From positions 128,001 to 192,000 of the forward strand of contig CAVSNY010000005.1 in assembly GCA_963729605.1 (NCBI GenBank): a stretch of 64,000 nt of DNA. The letters are read 5' to 3'. The notes beneath the pieces are model-generated. The model did not search any database. It was not told the origin of the DNA and saw only the letters and a program-made list of their open reading frames with translations. Shown piece by piece: positions 27,085 through 35,421 of this stretch. The stretch's first letter is position 1. Every line of letters starts with the position of its first letter. The position numbers and the translations under genes were made by a program. The stretch is from an uncultured Gammaproteobacteria bacterium. GTDB lineage: Bacteria; Pseudomonadota; Gammaproteobacteria; DRLM01.

Positions 27085-27127
27085 CGGGCGTTCTCCTTGA
27101 ATGCCGCGCATCCGCGATTCCGAAGAC

Positions 27128-28186
27128 TCAGGCCGAAATCGCGCGGGATACCATTGAGTTCCACCCCGGCGGCAACTGCGCCTGCTGCCTGCCGATCCGC
27201 GCGACCAGGTCGTACCAGCTTAGAAAAAAGGGCTTGCTTGCCTGGGTGACGCTGGCATAGGCGTCGCCGCACAGTTGATAAAAGGCGGCCTGTCGCTGGC
27301 TACGCCATGCCGCCATCAGATTTTCCAGGCGCGCCTGTTTGAGGTTGCCCAGCGCATAAGCCCGCGGAAAACCATACTGCATCGGTACTACCGTTCCATC
27401 CGCTTCGATGATCAAAGGAGAAACGAGGTCCGCGAAGCGTGTTTCCGCCGCGGCGGTGGTGGGTGCGGCATACACCATGGTCGGGTTGGCCCGCAAAACT
27501 TCGCTGGAAATCAGGTCGATTTGTATCGACAACTTGCCCTCCAACATCTGCTGCATCCGCCGTCCCAGCAGCCAAGCATACGCAGTCTCAATATCATCGG
27601 GGCTCGCGCCCTTCATCTGTTTCTGGGCGTAACCCACTTCGTCGAGCGGGTGGACCTGCACCAGCTTTGCGCCTTGTTCGAGAGCGAATTGCACGACCCA
27701 TTGCAACTCGTGGAGATTGTGCTGGGTCAGCGTAAAAATAAAGCCGAAATTCAGTTTATATTCACGCAGAGACTCCAGGCGTGATGCCATGAGTTCAAAG
27801 GCCCGCGACGAGCCGCGGATGGTATTATGCGACTCGGGCACGCCATCGACGCTGATCGCGATAAGATCGGTGACCCCGGCCAAGGCATCGAGACGGCGGG
27901 CGTCGAGCAGCATGCCGTTACTGGCGATAGCCGTCTGCATGCCGCAGACCTTGGCATGCGTCAGCAGCGCGGCCAATTGCGGATACATCACGGGTTCGCC
28001 GCCGGAGATACTGGCCCAGTTGTAACCCGCTGCAACGGCATCGTTTAGCGCATTGAACAGCAGCGCGCTGTCCAACATGTCGCGTTCATCTGGAGATGAG
28101 GAGGAATAGCAATGGAGACAACGCAGATTGCAACGTCTGGTCGGGTGAATCTGTACCACTCGAGTTGATCCGGTCGGCCCCATCAT
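27128..28186 (-). CDS. Radical SAM enzyme, putative peptide maturase
   Basis: CNLRCLHC (CxxxCxxC), ISGGEP, SNG, ISVDG...HNTIRG; SPASM/twitch-like tail IIEADGTVVPM...LGNL; GAGGAGG RBS. Confidence 0.92.
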   Translation of the reverse strand: MMGPTGSTRVVQIHPTRRCNLRCLHCYSSSSPDERDMLDSALLFNALNDAVAAGYNWASISGGEPVMYPQLAALLTHAKVCGMQTAIASNGMLLDARRLDALAGVTDLIAISVDGVPESHNTIRGSSRAFELMASRLESLREYKLNFGFIFTLTQHNLHELQWVVQFALEQGAKLVQVHPLDEVGYAQKQMKGASPDDIETAYAWLLGRRMQQMLEGKLSIQIDLISSEVLRANPTMVYAAPTTAAAETRFADLVSPLIIEADGTVVPMQYGFPRAYALGNLKQARLENLMAAWRSQRQAAFYQLCGDAYASVTQASKPFFLSWYDLVARIGRQQAQLPPGWNSMVSRAISA

Positions 28187-28216
28187 ACTATCCTCCTCGT
28201 TGTCGCAAGAACGGGT

Positions 28217-28444
28217 TTAACCCAATTTGGCCAGTTGCTTCATTCCACCCAGCTGGGCGGGGTTGGTAGCAGGGAATTGGTTTTGCACCAACAGTTCCGG
28301 CCAGGGGATGCCCTTCGGAAACACGGTGTACCAACCGCTAACGCTGGCGCCGCCGGCCACTTGCTCGATTTCTTCCCGAGTCAAGGTTTCGTAATCGCCG
28401 CACTGCATCCGCAATTGTTCCGAACCACGTAATTTTGTTGACAT
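28217..28444 (-). CDS. Putative RiPP/bacteriocin precursor with double-glycine leader (75 aa)
   Basis: AAGGAG RBS before ATG 28444; leader ends LTREEIEQVAGG; core ASVSGWYTVFPKGIPWPELLVQNQFPATNPAQLGGMKQLAKLG; directly upstream of rSAM, HlyD and PCAT. Confidence 0.85.
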   Translation of the reverse strand: MSTKLRGSEQLRMQCGDYETLTREEIEQVAGGASVSGWYTVFPKGIPWPELLVQNQFPATNPAQLGGMKQLAKLG

Positions 28445-29285
28445 GACGCTCTCCTTAAATTGATGAATTAACAAAATTGCCCGGTACACGGCGGCAATTC
28501 GTGCTTGATCCGGCCGCACACCATCGCCGCCTACGTTAGGCGATCCACCCAACGAGGCGCTGTGATGAATTGCCACACGAGCTTGTGATTAATTCACACC
28601 CGTGGGAATAGCAAAAATGCGGTAGAAGGTTTACGGAGCCACCCTGCGTAGGGATACGACGAAGAACAGGGCATTTTTTATGAAACACCAAAACAGTGTT
28701 TATCTGAAGAAAGAATAACGGATTAATCGGCGTGATAGCGCACGGACAATGCATTCCTGCGCTAGCTTAAGAAGAGAATCGCACCTCTCGACACGCTCTC
28801 CATGCTTGGACACACCCATCGCATGTATCCCCGCGCAAGCCGCGGGGAGTTTTAAGATTAAAAGTGGAGACCGGTCTCGATGAATCACTCGATGAAGGAA
28901 GTGTTCATGTGACGTTAAGCCAGGCGATGTGTCAGCTCCATCAGAAAATTATTCGCACATCCGTATTAACAATCGACCTCGGTCTTGCGACCTTGCTTCC
29001 TTTTTGTCCCAGGACATCCTGCATGCACCCGGGGCGCGACTACGTAACGTATCGGGAAGCATCACGATGACTGCCCCTCTTCGTGCCTAGTCCGACTTTT
29101 GTCGTTCTCGCTTCGCCTCCTCGGCTCGTCGGTAGTTATCACACCGGCATCGGCAGCCATCGCACCATTTTTGTCCGACTTCTCCATAAAAAATTTCATA
29201 AAGCAAGTAGATTTTTTGGCGCGTTCGAAAAAAATCTATCATGCGATTAAATAGATATCTTCAAATAAAGGATATAACTCGATCA

Positions 29286-29301
29286 TGGCATCAAGATTGC
29301 T
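29286..29301 (+). promoter_or_regulatory. sigma54 -24/-12 promoter candidate
   Basis: TGGCATCAAGATTGCT (GG-N10-GC), 34 nt before ATG 29336. Confidence 0.7.
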
Positions 29302-29335
29302 GAAAACAACTTTATGCTTCTGAGAGGACATAACG

Positions 29336-29575
29336 ATGCATCAACAAATTGTGATTGTTGACGACGCTAATGAACGCACTATTCTCATCGCACAAGCTCT
29401 CCGAGAGAGCGGTTACGGCGTGACTACTTTATATAGCAGAGATAACAAGGCGCTATATAAAAAACTATGCCGATTGAAGGCGGACTTTTTATTGATCGGC
29501 GACGATGTCGTCATTGATCTCAAGTCGGATTACGGCAGACATGTATTAAACGAAATGGCCATCTCCGGTCAGTAG
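29336..29575 (+). CDS. Small truncated receiver-domain-like protein
   Basis: GAGGA RBS; IVIVDD...LRESGYGV...ADFLLIGDD resembles the first half of a REC domain; only 79 aa. Confidence 0.55.
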   Translation: MHQQIVIVDDANERTILIAQALRESGYGVTTLYSRDNKALYKKLCRLKADFLLIGDDVVIDLKSDYGRHVLNEMAISGQ

Positions 29576-29631
29576 TTTTTTCCATTGTAAATTTTTACTG
29601 TTTCTCTTCAAATTCATGCCAAGACTACAAG

Positions 29632-30720
29632 TTAAACATCTTGTATTTTTGGAATGTTAATTCGCAATTCAAATTTTTCACTATCAAGGTTTAACAAGGT
29701 CACGCCCCCCAGATTAGCCAGGTCGTTTCTAGCCATATAAACGGCGACCGTATTTCGATCAATCGCGAATTCGGCAAGAACGGTGTTAAACATCATATCC
29801 AAATCTTTATCCGAAAATTCATTACGAGCGCCGTTCATTGATACTACATAATGATCATTCTCCATAAGGGCACTTCCGTATAGGGTTCCACCTTTTTTTG
29901 TAGCCTCAACAGTCGCCATTACAATATGAAATAATGAACGGCGGATGGCAGACTTTTCGCATTTGACAGGCATTGAATCCTGAGATGGCCGCCAGACAAA
30001 TTTAATACCTTTAAGTCGTGCCGTTGTTTTAACAAGGCCATACACATCTTCAAGTATTTCTCTTATATCGTAAGCTTCCTGGACGCCAGGCGTAGGGTCC
30101 AATATTTCGAGTAACATTTGCAACGATTTGTCAAGATTATAAACTTGCTTGATCGGCATCCTTAAAAGACTTTGCGACCCCTCTTCAATTACACTTGGAG
30201 CTCTTTTGTATGCTAAGTCTACGGCGCTCTTAGTTAGCTCCAAATCCACCACGATGCTATTTAAACGCCCCCTGATGTCGTGTACAAACCCTGGAAATAC
30301 ATTTGAAAATATCCTATAACAGGCGGCCTGATATAAGTCGGTAATATCAATGCATGAATCAATTACATTTTTCTCCACCATGAACTGATAACGGTCGCTT
30401 GATTCATCTATTCGAAATAGATGACATCTAAATGTATTCCGCAGACCCGCATCGTTTTCAAACATCGTGAAATTAGAATAATTAGACCCCTTATCAGCCA
30501 TGTGACCGATTGCTTCCACGATACGAAAAATCACCGCCTTAGAGATAATGCCTTGAAAATGTTCCGTCCCATCATTGTCAAGACAGCCCTTTTTTAATAA
30601 AGTCAATATAATTTGGCCGACGGCTATCGTTCCACCTCCATCGGCCCTTACGAGACCGGCATTAGAGATAATCGGAACCACTTTTAATGCCATTGGATAT
30701 ATTCCTTCGGTATCATCCAT
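29632..30720 (-). CDS. Histidine-kinase-like protein with degenerate ATPase domain
   Basis: H-box FVHDIRGRLNSI; HATPase-like region lacks N-box Asn and G1/G2 glycines; start uncertain. Confidence 0.7.
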   Translation of the reverse strand: MDDTEGIYPMALKVVPIISNAGLVRADGGGTIAVGQIILTLLKKGCLDNDGTEHFQGIISKAVIFRIVEAIGHMADKGSNYSNFTMFENDAGLRNTFRCHLFRIDESSDRYQFMVEKNVIDSCIDITDLYQAACYRIFSNVFPGFVHDIRGRLNSIVVDLELTKSAVDLAYKRAPSVIEEGSQSLLRMPIKQVYNLDKSLQMLLEILDPTPGVQEAYDIREILEDVYGLVKTTARLKGIKFVWRPSQDSMPVKCEKSAIRRSLFHIVMATVEATKKGGTLYGSALMENDHYVVSMNGARNEFSDKDLDMMFNTVLAEFAIDRNTVAVYMARNDLANLGGVTLLNLDSEKFELRINIPKIQDV

Positions 30721-30815
30721 GCGTGCTCACAAATATACCCATATAAATCATAATTAATTACTTGCGTACTCTTTTAGATCGATATTCTATATAATCAGCC
30801 AGCATCTCAATTTAA

Positions 30816-30831
30816 AGCAATTTTTATCCCA
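30816..30831 (-). promoter_or_regulatory. Weaker sigma54 promoter candidate for the HK-like gene
   Basis: Minus strand TGGGATAAAAATTGCT (GG-N10-GC), about 95 nt upstream of the ORF. Confidence 0.4.
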
Positions 30832-31018
30832 ACTTAATTTAATATGTTTTTCACTGAAACTCAGATAAGCCAAACCTGGCTAACTTACCGGATTGCTTAA
30901 CCCGGCTAATTTTGAGATACCAGGATCTCCCTTCCTGGTAAAATCGCCTTCACAAAATTTCTCTGCAATGATGTTGATTGGCAGCGCATAAAAGTACTTT
31001 AACTGCAAAGTTTCATGG

Positions 31019-32359
31019 ATGACCCATATGCCATACGCCTTGATAGTCGATGACGATGTAGACTTTACGCCTTCTTTAGCACGACTCATTCAGCAAGAAG
31101 GATACAGTGTTCGTATTGCAAAAACTTTGGAAGAAGCGCGTCAGGAGTTGCGGGAAGGTATACCGGACGTCGCCCTTATAGATCTATTGCTTCCCGACGG
31201 GGATGGCATTCAACTGGTGCGAGAATTAACGCTTACTGGTTCAACCAAGGTTTTAGTCATCACTGGTTATGCGGGGGTTGATAACGCAGTAGCCGCGCTT
31301 CGCGCCGGCGTCACTGATTATCTGCAAAAACCATTCGATATTGATCAACTAAAAAAACAACTGCGTATTACAAAAAATGAACTGGCGAACCATACTAACA
31401 CCAGCGCTCTTTCTGAGGGCATGGAGATCAATAGTCTACTGGGACAATCCCCACAAATACAGACGGTTCACAATCTTATCGAAAAAGTATCTTCTACCGA
31501 AACCACTGTTTTCATATACGGTGAAAGTGGAACTGGAAAAGAACTTGTAGCCCATGCAATACACAGCATGAGTGCGCGCAGTAACCAGCCTTTTATTGCC
31601 ATTAATTGTGCTGCAATTTCCCCTCAATTAATCGCTACCGAATTTTTTGGTCATGAAAAAGGGGCTTTTACCGATGCGCATTCATTGCATAAAGGATGCT
31701 TTGAACGCGCAGAGGGTGGTACTTTATTTCTTGATGAAGTAACCGAAATGCCCATCGACCTACAGGTGCAGCTTCTCCGCGCTTTGGAATCAAGGCGTAT
31801 TATGCGGGTTGGAGGAACTAAAGAAATCGATATCGATATTAGAATTATTGCGGCAACTAACCGCCCTCCCCATTATGCGGTTGAGGAAGGGAAACTTCGC
31901 GAAGATCTGCTGTTTCGTCTAATGGTATTTCCAATTTATTTACCGCCGCTACGAGAGCGTCAAGGCGACATTATTCATCTCGCCAAGAATTTCTTATCCG
32001 CCTTAAATGAAAAAGAAAACGGCAATAAGGTCTTTTCCGATGACTCACTTGAATTTCTATCTACAGCACGCTGGCCCGGCAATATAAGAGAACTAAAAAA
32101 TGCCGTTCAGCATGCGTACATCCTGGCTGGTGACCGGATTGAACCACAACACTTTCCTCCTCAATCTATTTCAATGGCGGAAGATAATGCCTCTCCTCTC
32201 CGATTTACCGTAGGCACTTCTCTTGATGAGTTTGAAAAAAGATTCATTTTGGCGACACTCGATCATTACAATGGCGACAAACGTTCCGCTGCGGAGGTTT
32301 TAGGTGTTAGCCTTAAAACACTCTACAATCGCTTAAATAACTATCAAAACTCCATATAA
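31019..32359 (+). CDS. sigma54-dependent response regulator (REC-AAA+-HTH, NtrC family)
   Basis: LIVDDD/DLLLPDG receiver, GESGTGKE, GAFTDA, LFLDE, WPGNIREL, Fis-type HTH LGVSLKTLYNRL. Confidence 0.95.
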   Translation: MTHMPYALIVDDDVDFTPSLARLIQQEGYSVRIAKTLEEARQELREGIPDVALIDLLLPDGDGIQLVRELTLTGSTKVLVITGYAGVDNAVAALRAGVTDYLQKPFDIDQLKKQLRITKNELANHTNTSALSEGMEINSLLGQSPQIQTVHNLIEKVSSTETTVFIYGESGTGKELVAHAIHSMSARSNQPFIAINCAAISPQLIATEFFGHEKGAFTDAHSLHKGCFERAEGGTLFLDEVTEMPIDLQVQLLRALESRRIMRVGGTKEIDIDIRIIAATNRPPHYAVEEGKLREDLLFRLMVFPIYLPPLRERQGDIIHLAKNFLSALNEKENGNKVFSDDSLEFLSTARWPGNIRELKNAVQHAYILAGDRIEPQHFPPQSISMAEDNASPLRFTVGTSLDEFEKRFILATLDHYNGDKRSAAEVLGVSLKTLYNRLNNYQNSI

Positions 32360-32369
32360 AAAATAAAAA

Positions 32370-32390
32370 AGCGGCAAATAATTTGCCGCT
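32370..32390 (-). terminator. Terminator hairpin between convergent genes
   Basis: AGCGGCAAAT-a-ATTTGCCGCT preceded by an A-run (U-tract on the minus strand). Confidence 0.6.
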
Positions 32391-32421
32391 AAGAAATTGT
32401 ATATAATGAGAAACGGTAATT

Positions 32422-33390
32422 TTATTTACCTTGACGCTCCAGAGTCTGAGGGACCGGTTCTTGGGGTGCCCCGACAGCGCTATTTTGCAAGCTTTCTTTC
32501 CAATTGTTCTGATCAATTGCAGGTGTATTCTTTAGCTGATCTTGGGTAGAGGAAATTCGCAACTTATCTTTTTTGTCTCCTATTGCCAATGTCTTCGTAG
32601 GGACGGCGATGACTTTGTCATTTATACCAGCGAATCCCCCAATGGAAAGCACAGCATAAGGTACGCGCCCGCTCTGAATATCCACGGCTAGATCTTTAAT
32701 CTTGCCAACATCTTCATTCTGGTTAGTGACGACATCACTTCCAATAATAGCGGTGGCCTTAGTGAGCTTTTGACTATTATCTAAATCCGTTGGTACACGT
32801 ACGCCAGCGCGTTGATACATATTTTGTAATGCCTGTTGATCCACTAAATTCTCCCAATTATCATTTTTCAGAGTGGGCGATTGTTTAATGACTTGCGGAG
32901 AAATATTAAGGATAAGAACTCGTTTATCGCCGGTGAAGCCTAACACGGTATCTTGAACGGGATTTAAAGTGAAACTTTGCGGTGGCAAGGCAATCAATTT
33001 ATCTCCAATCCCGAGAAAGCCACCGGTTGACATCACGACATAACTAATATGTCCAGTTTTTATATTGATGGCAAAATCTGTTACTTTTCCGAGTTTATTT
33101 TTTTGGTTGTCAGCTACATCTTGTCCGATGAGCGTGGAAGCCTCGACAAATGTATTTCCATGTTCCAGTTCTTCCGCACGACGCGCATTTTCTACACCAC
33201 CCGTCACCCGACCATCTTGAACCTGCTCTTGTCGATCCGATTCGGGTGCGGCAACGGCCTCACTCGAACCAATAATCATAATTAAAAAGAAAATAACACC
33301 GGTCAACACCGTACTTACTATTTTCGCTGGGTTTGCGGTCAATGGATCATCATTAAAACTGACATTGCCATATATGGATTTCATGTCCAA
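32422..33390 (-). CDS. Exported/membrane-anchored tandem PRC-barrel protein
   Basis: Hydrophobic N-terminal segment; two repeats (ASTLIGQDV...GGFLGIGDKLIALP; ATAIIGSDV...GGFAGINDKVIAVP). Confidence 0.85.
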   Translation of the reverse strand: MDMKSIYGNVSFNDDPLTANPAKIVSTVLTGVIFFLIMIIGSSEAVAAPESDRQEQVQDGRVTGGVENARRAEELEHGNTFVEASTLIGQDVADNQKNKLGKVTDFAINIKTGHISYVVMSTGGFLGIGDKLIALPPQSFTLNPVQDTVLGFTGDKRVLILNISPQVIKQSPTLKNDNWENLVDQQALQNMYQRAGVRVPTDLDNSQKLTKATAIIGSDVVTNQNEDVGKIKDLAVDIQSGRVPYAVLSIGGFAGINDKVIAVPTKTLAIGDKKDKLRISSTQDQLKNTPAIDQNNWKESLQNSAVGAPQEPVPQTLERQGK

Positions 33391-33482
33391 TACTCCTTAA
33401 AAATGGGGAATAAAAATTTTTGTATTCTTATGAATTATTGCTGCACACTATTTTTAAAAATCCAATCGCTCATTATTTTATT

Positions 33483-33498
33483 GGCAATATTTATGCCT
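33483..33498 (-). promoter_or_regulatory. sigma54 -24/-12 promoter candidate
   Basis: Minus strand AGGCATAAATATTGCC (GG-N10-GC), about 92 nt upstream of the PRC-barrel gene. Confidence 0.6.
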
Positions 33499-33791
33499 AA
33501 CTAAATTAACCCATAAAAACTATTAACTTAATGAAATATAAATAAAATTGAATGCGTTTTTTAAAATCAAACTTTAATCGGACAAAATGAATGGCAACAG
33601 ATACACATATTTTGAATATTTTATAAAAAATTCAAATATGATTTGAATATGTGACAATCAAACCGAGGGAATAATTTATAAATTAGATTTAAGCGTTGCA
33701 TGCGCTGATTTTAATGTGCATCGCAAGATGCACAGAGAGTAATTTTTTATGGCTACAACATCATTGAAAAGTTCTTTATTTAAAATAGCAA

Positions 33792-35183
33792 TCAAATGAA
33801 TGTGTGATCGATAGCCTCATCAATTATATTATTATCACCACGATATCCATTTTCATAACGCGCCAACCTGTTGTAAAGGGTTTTTAAACTAATCCCAAGA
33901 CTCTGAGCCGCTCGTTTTTTATTCCCTTGCATATATTCCAAGGTTTTATACAACAGATCTCGCTCTACATCATCCAACGTTCGGCCCACCGAAATATCCA
34001 TCACATCGTGAACAGTTTTCATCTCTTTGGATGAAAACAGGGGGATGTGTTTTTCTTCTATAACCTCGCCTGACAGGAGATAAGCCTGTTCAATCACATT
34101 ACGGAGCTCTCTAACATTGCCCCGCCATTCCATATCTTTTGCCAAATATTGCACGGCTGATTCCGAAATTTTTTTATTGCTCTTCTTAGCCCGATTCAGC
34201 AACCCTAAAAAATACTTAGTTAAAATTTCAACATCTCCTTCTCTATCTCTAAGAGAAGGAACATTTATCGGAAAAGCGGATAATCTAAAAAATAAATCCT
34301 TTCTGAATTTCCCTCGAGTCACCGCCTCATCGGTCTTTCGATTAGTCGCCGCAATAACTCTTACGTCAACCGGAAATTCTCGGCTTCCGCCCAATCTGAC
34401 CACCCGCCCCGTCTCTAAAACTCGAAGTAAATGGGCTTGCAAATCGATCGGCATTTCTGTTATTTCATCTAAAAAAAGTGTTCCACCATGGGCTCGCTCA
34501 AAATAACCGCGATGTTGATGCGCCGCCCCAGTAAAACTGCCTCGCTCGTGTCCGAATAATTCAGAGCCTATTAAGGTGGGAGAAAGGGCGCCACAATTGA
34601 GAGTAAGATAAGGTTTATGACTTCTCCGGCTCATTTCGTGGATGGTCCAACCAACCAATTCCTTACCAGTGCCGCTTTCGCCGTTAATTAAGACTGTCAC
34701 TTCGGTCGGGGCGACTTTTTCAATAAGATTATACAATTCACGCATTACCGGCGATGCGCCGATTAATGGGCCAAATGCGGCGGAATTTCCTTGAGCGTCC
34801 ACTATTATTGGCATATGTTGATGAGCTTCTTGCAGTCGTAACCGCATAAGCAATATCCGTAATCGCTCAACGTCAATAGGCTTAGTCAAGTAATCCCAGA
34901 CATTGCTGCGCATGGCTCCTATCGCGCTGTCTACGCTGGCATGCCCCGTAATAAGAACAACCTTTGTAAAACTAGATTTCGGAATTTCCTTAGCTAAATC
35001 TAATCCGTCGCCATCGGGCAATAACAAATCGACCAAAACAAGGTGGGGTTTATTATGTGACAGCTGAAAGCGCGCTTCATCCATAGTTCCGACAGCAACG
35101 ACTTCAAATCCTTCCCGTGCAATCAGCTCTTGTCCCTGCGACCTAAATTCAATATCGTCATCGACCAACAATACTCGCAACAT
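33792..35183 (-). CDS. sigma54-dependent response regulator (REC-AAA+-HTH, NtrC family), paralog of 31019..32359
   Basis: LLVDDD/DLLLPDG, GESGTGKE, GSFTGA, LFLDE, WRGNVREL, LGISLKTLYNRL; GGAGG RBS before ATG 35183. Confidence 0.95.
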   Translation of the reverse strand: MLRVLLVDDDIEFRSQGQELIAREGFEVVAVGTMDEARFQLSHNKPHLVLVDLLLPDGDGLDLAKEIPKSSFTKVVLITGHASVDSAIGAMRSNVWDYLTKPIDVERLRILLMRLRLQEAHQHMPIIVDAQGNSAAFGPLIGASPVMRELYNLIEKVAPTEVTVLINGESGTGKELVGWTIHEMSRRSHKPYLTLNCGALSPTLIGSELFGHERGSFTGAAHQHRGYFERAHGGTLFLDEITEMPIDLQAHLLRVLETGRVVRLGGSREFPVDVRVIAATNRKTDEAVTRGKFRKDLFFRLSAFPINVPSLRDREGDVEILTKYFLGLLNRAKKSNKKISESAVQYLAKDMEWRGNVRELRNVIEQAYLLSGEVIEEKHIPLFSSKEMKTVHDVMDISVGRTLDDVERDLLYKTLEYMQGNKKRAAQSLGISLKTLYNRLARYENGYRGDNNIIDEAIDHTFI

Positions 35184-35354
35184 ACTCCCTCCACTGGTCT
35201 GATCACCAATCTCGCACCTTTTATCTACCACATCGGTATCTACCACATCGTTAAAAGTAAACTACGCTTACTTAACTAGCATTCGATCATTTTTATCTGC
35301 CACTCCTGACGGCAAAAATCCCCGATGAGTTCTTAATCTTATGCTTGAACAATA

Positions 35355-35399
35355 ACACAAAATGCGGAGAGGGTTAATAACCCTCTCCGCATTTTGTGT
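35355..35399 (-). terminator. Long hairpin/terminator after the outer-membrane protein gene
   Basis: 22-bp perfect inverted repeat ACACAAAATGCGGAGAGGGTTA / TAACCCTCTCCGCATTTTGTGT. Confidence 0.7.
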
Positions 35400-35421
35400 C
35401 ACTCTAAAATAATCAGGGATA

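Noticed and set aside
27128-28186. rSAM as PqqE/NirJ/AhbD cofactor-biosynthesis enzyme
   Set aside because: No pqq, heme d1 or ahb genes nearby, no SPASM cysteines, and the context is a peptide export operon.
28445-28576. Longer 119-aa version of the precursor given in the ORF track
   Set aside because: The strong AAGGAG RBS sits before ATG 28444; the extension lacks an RBS and overlaps the probable promoter region.
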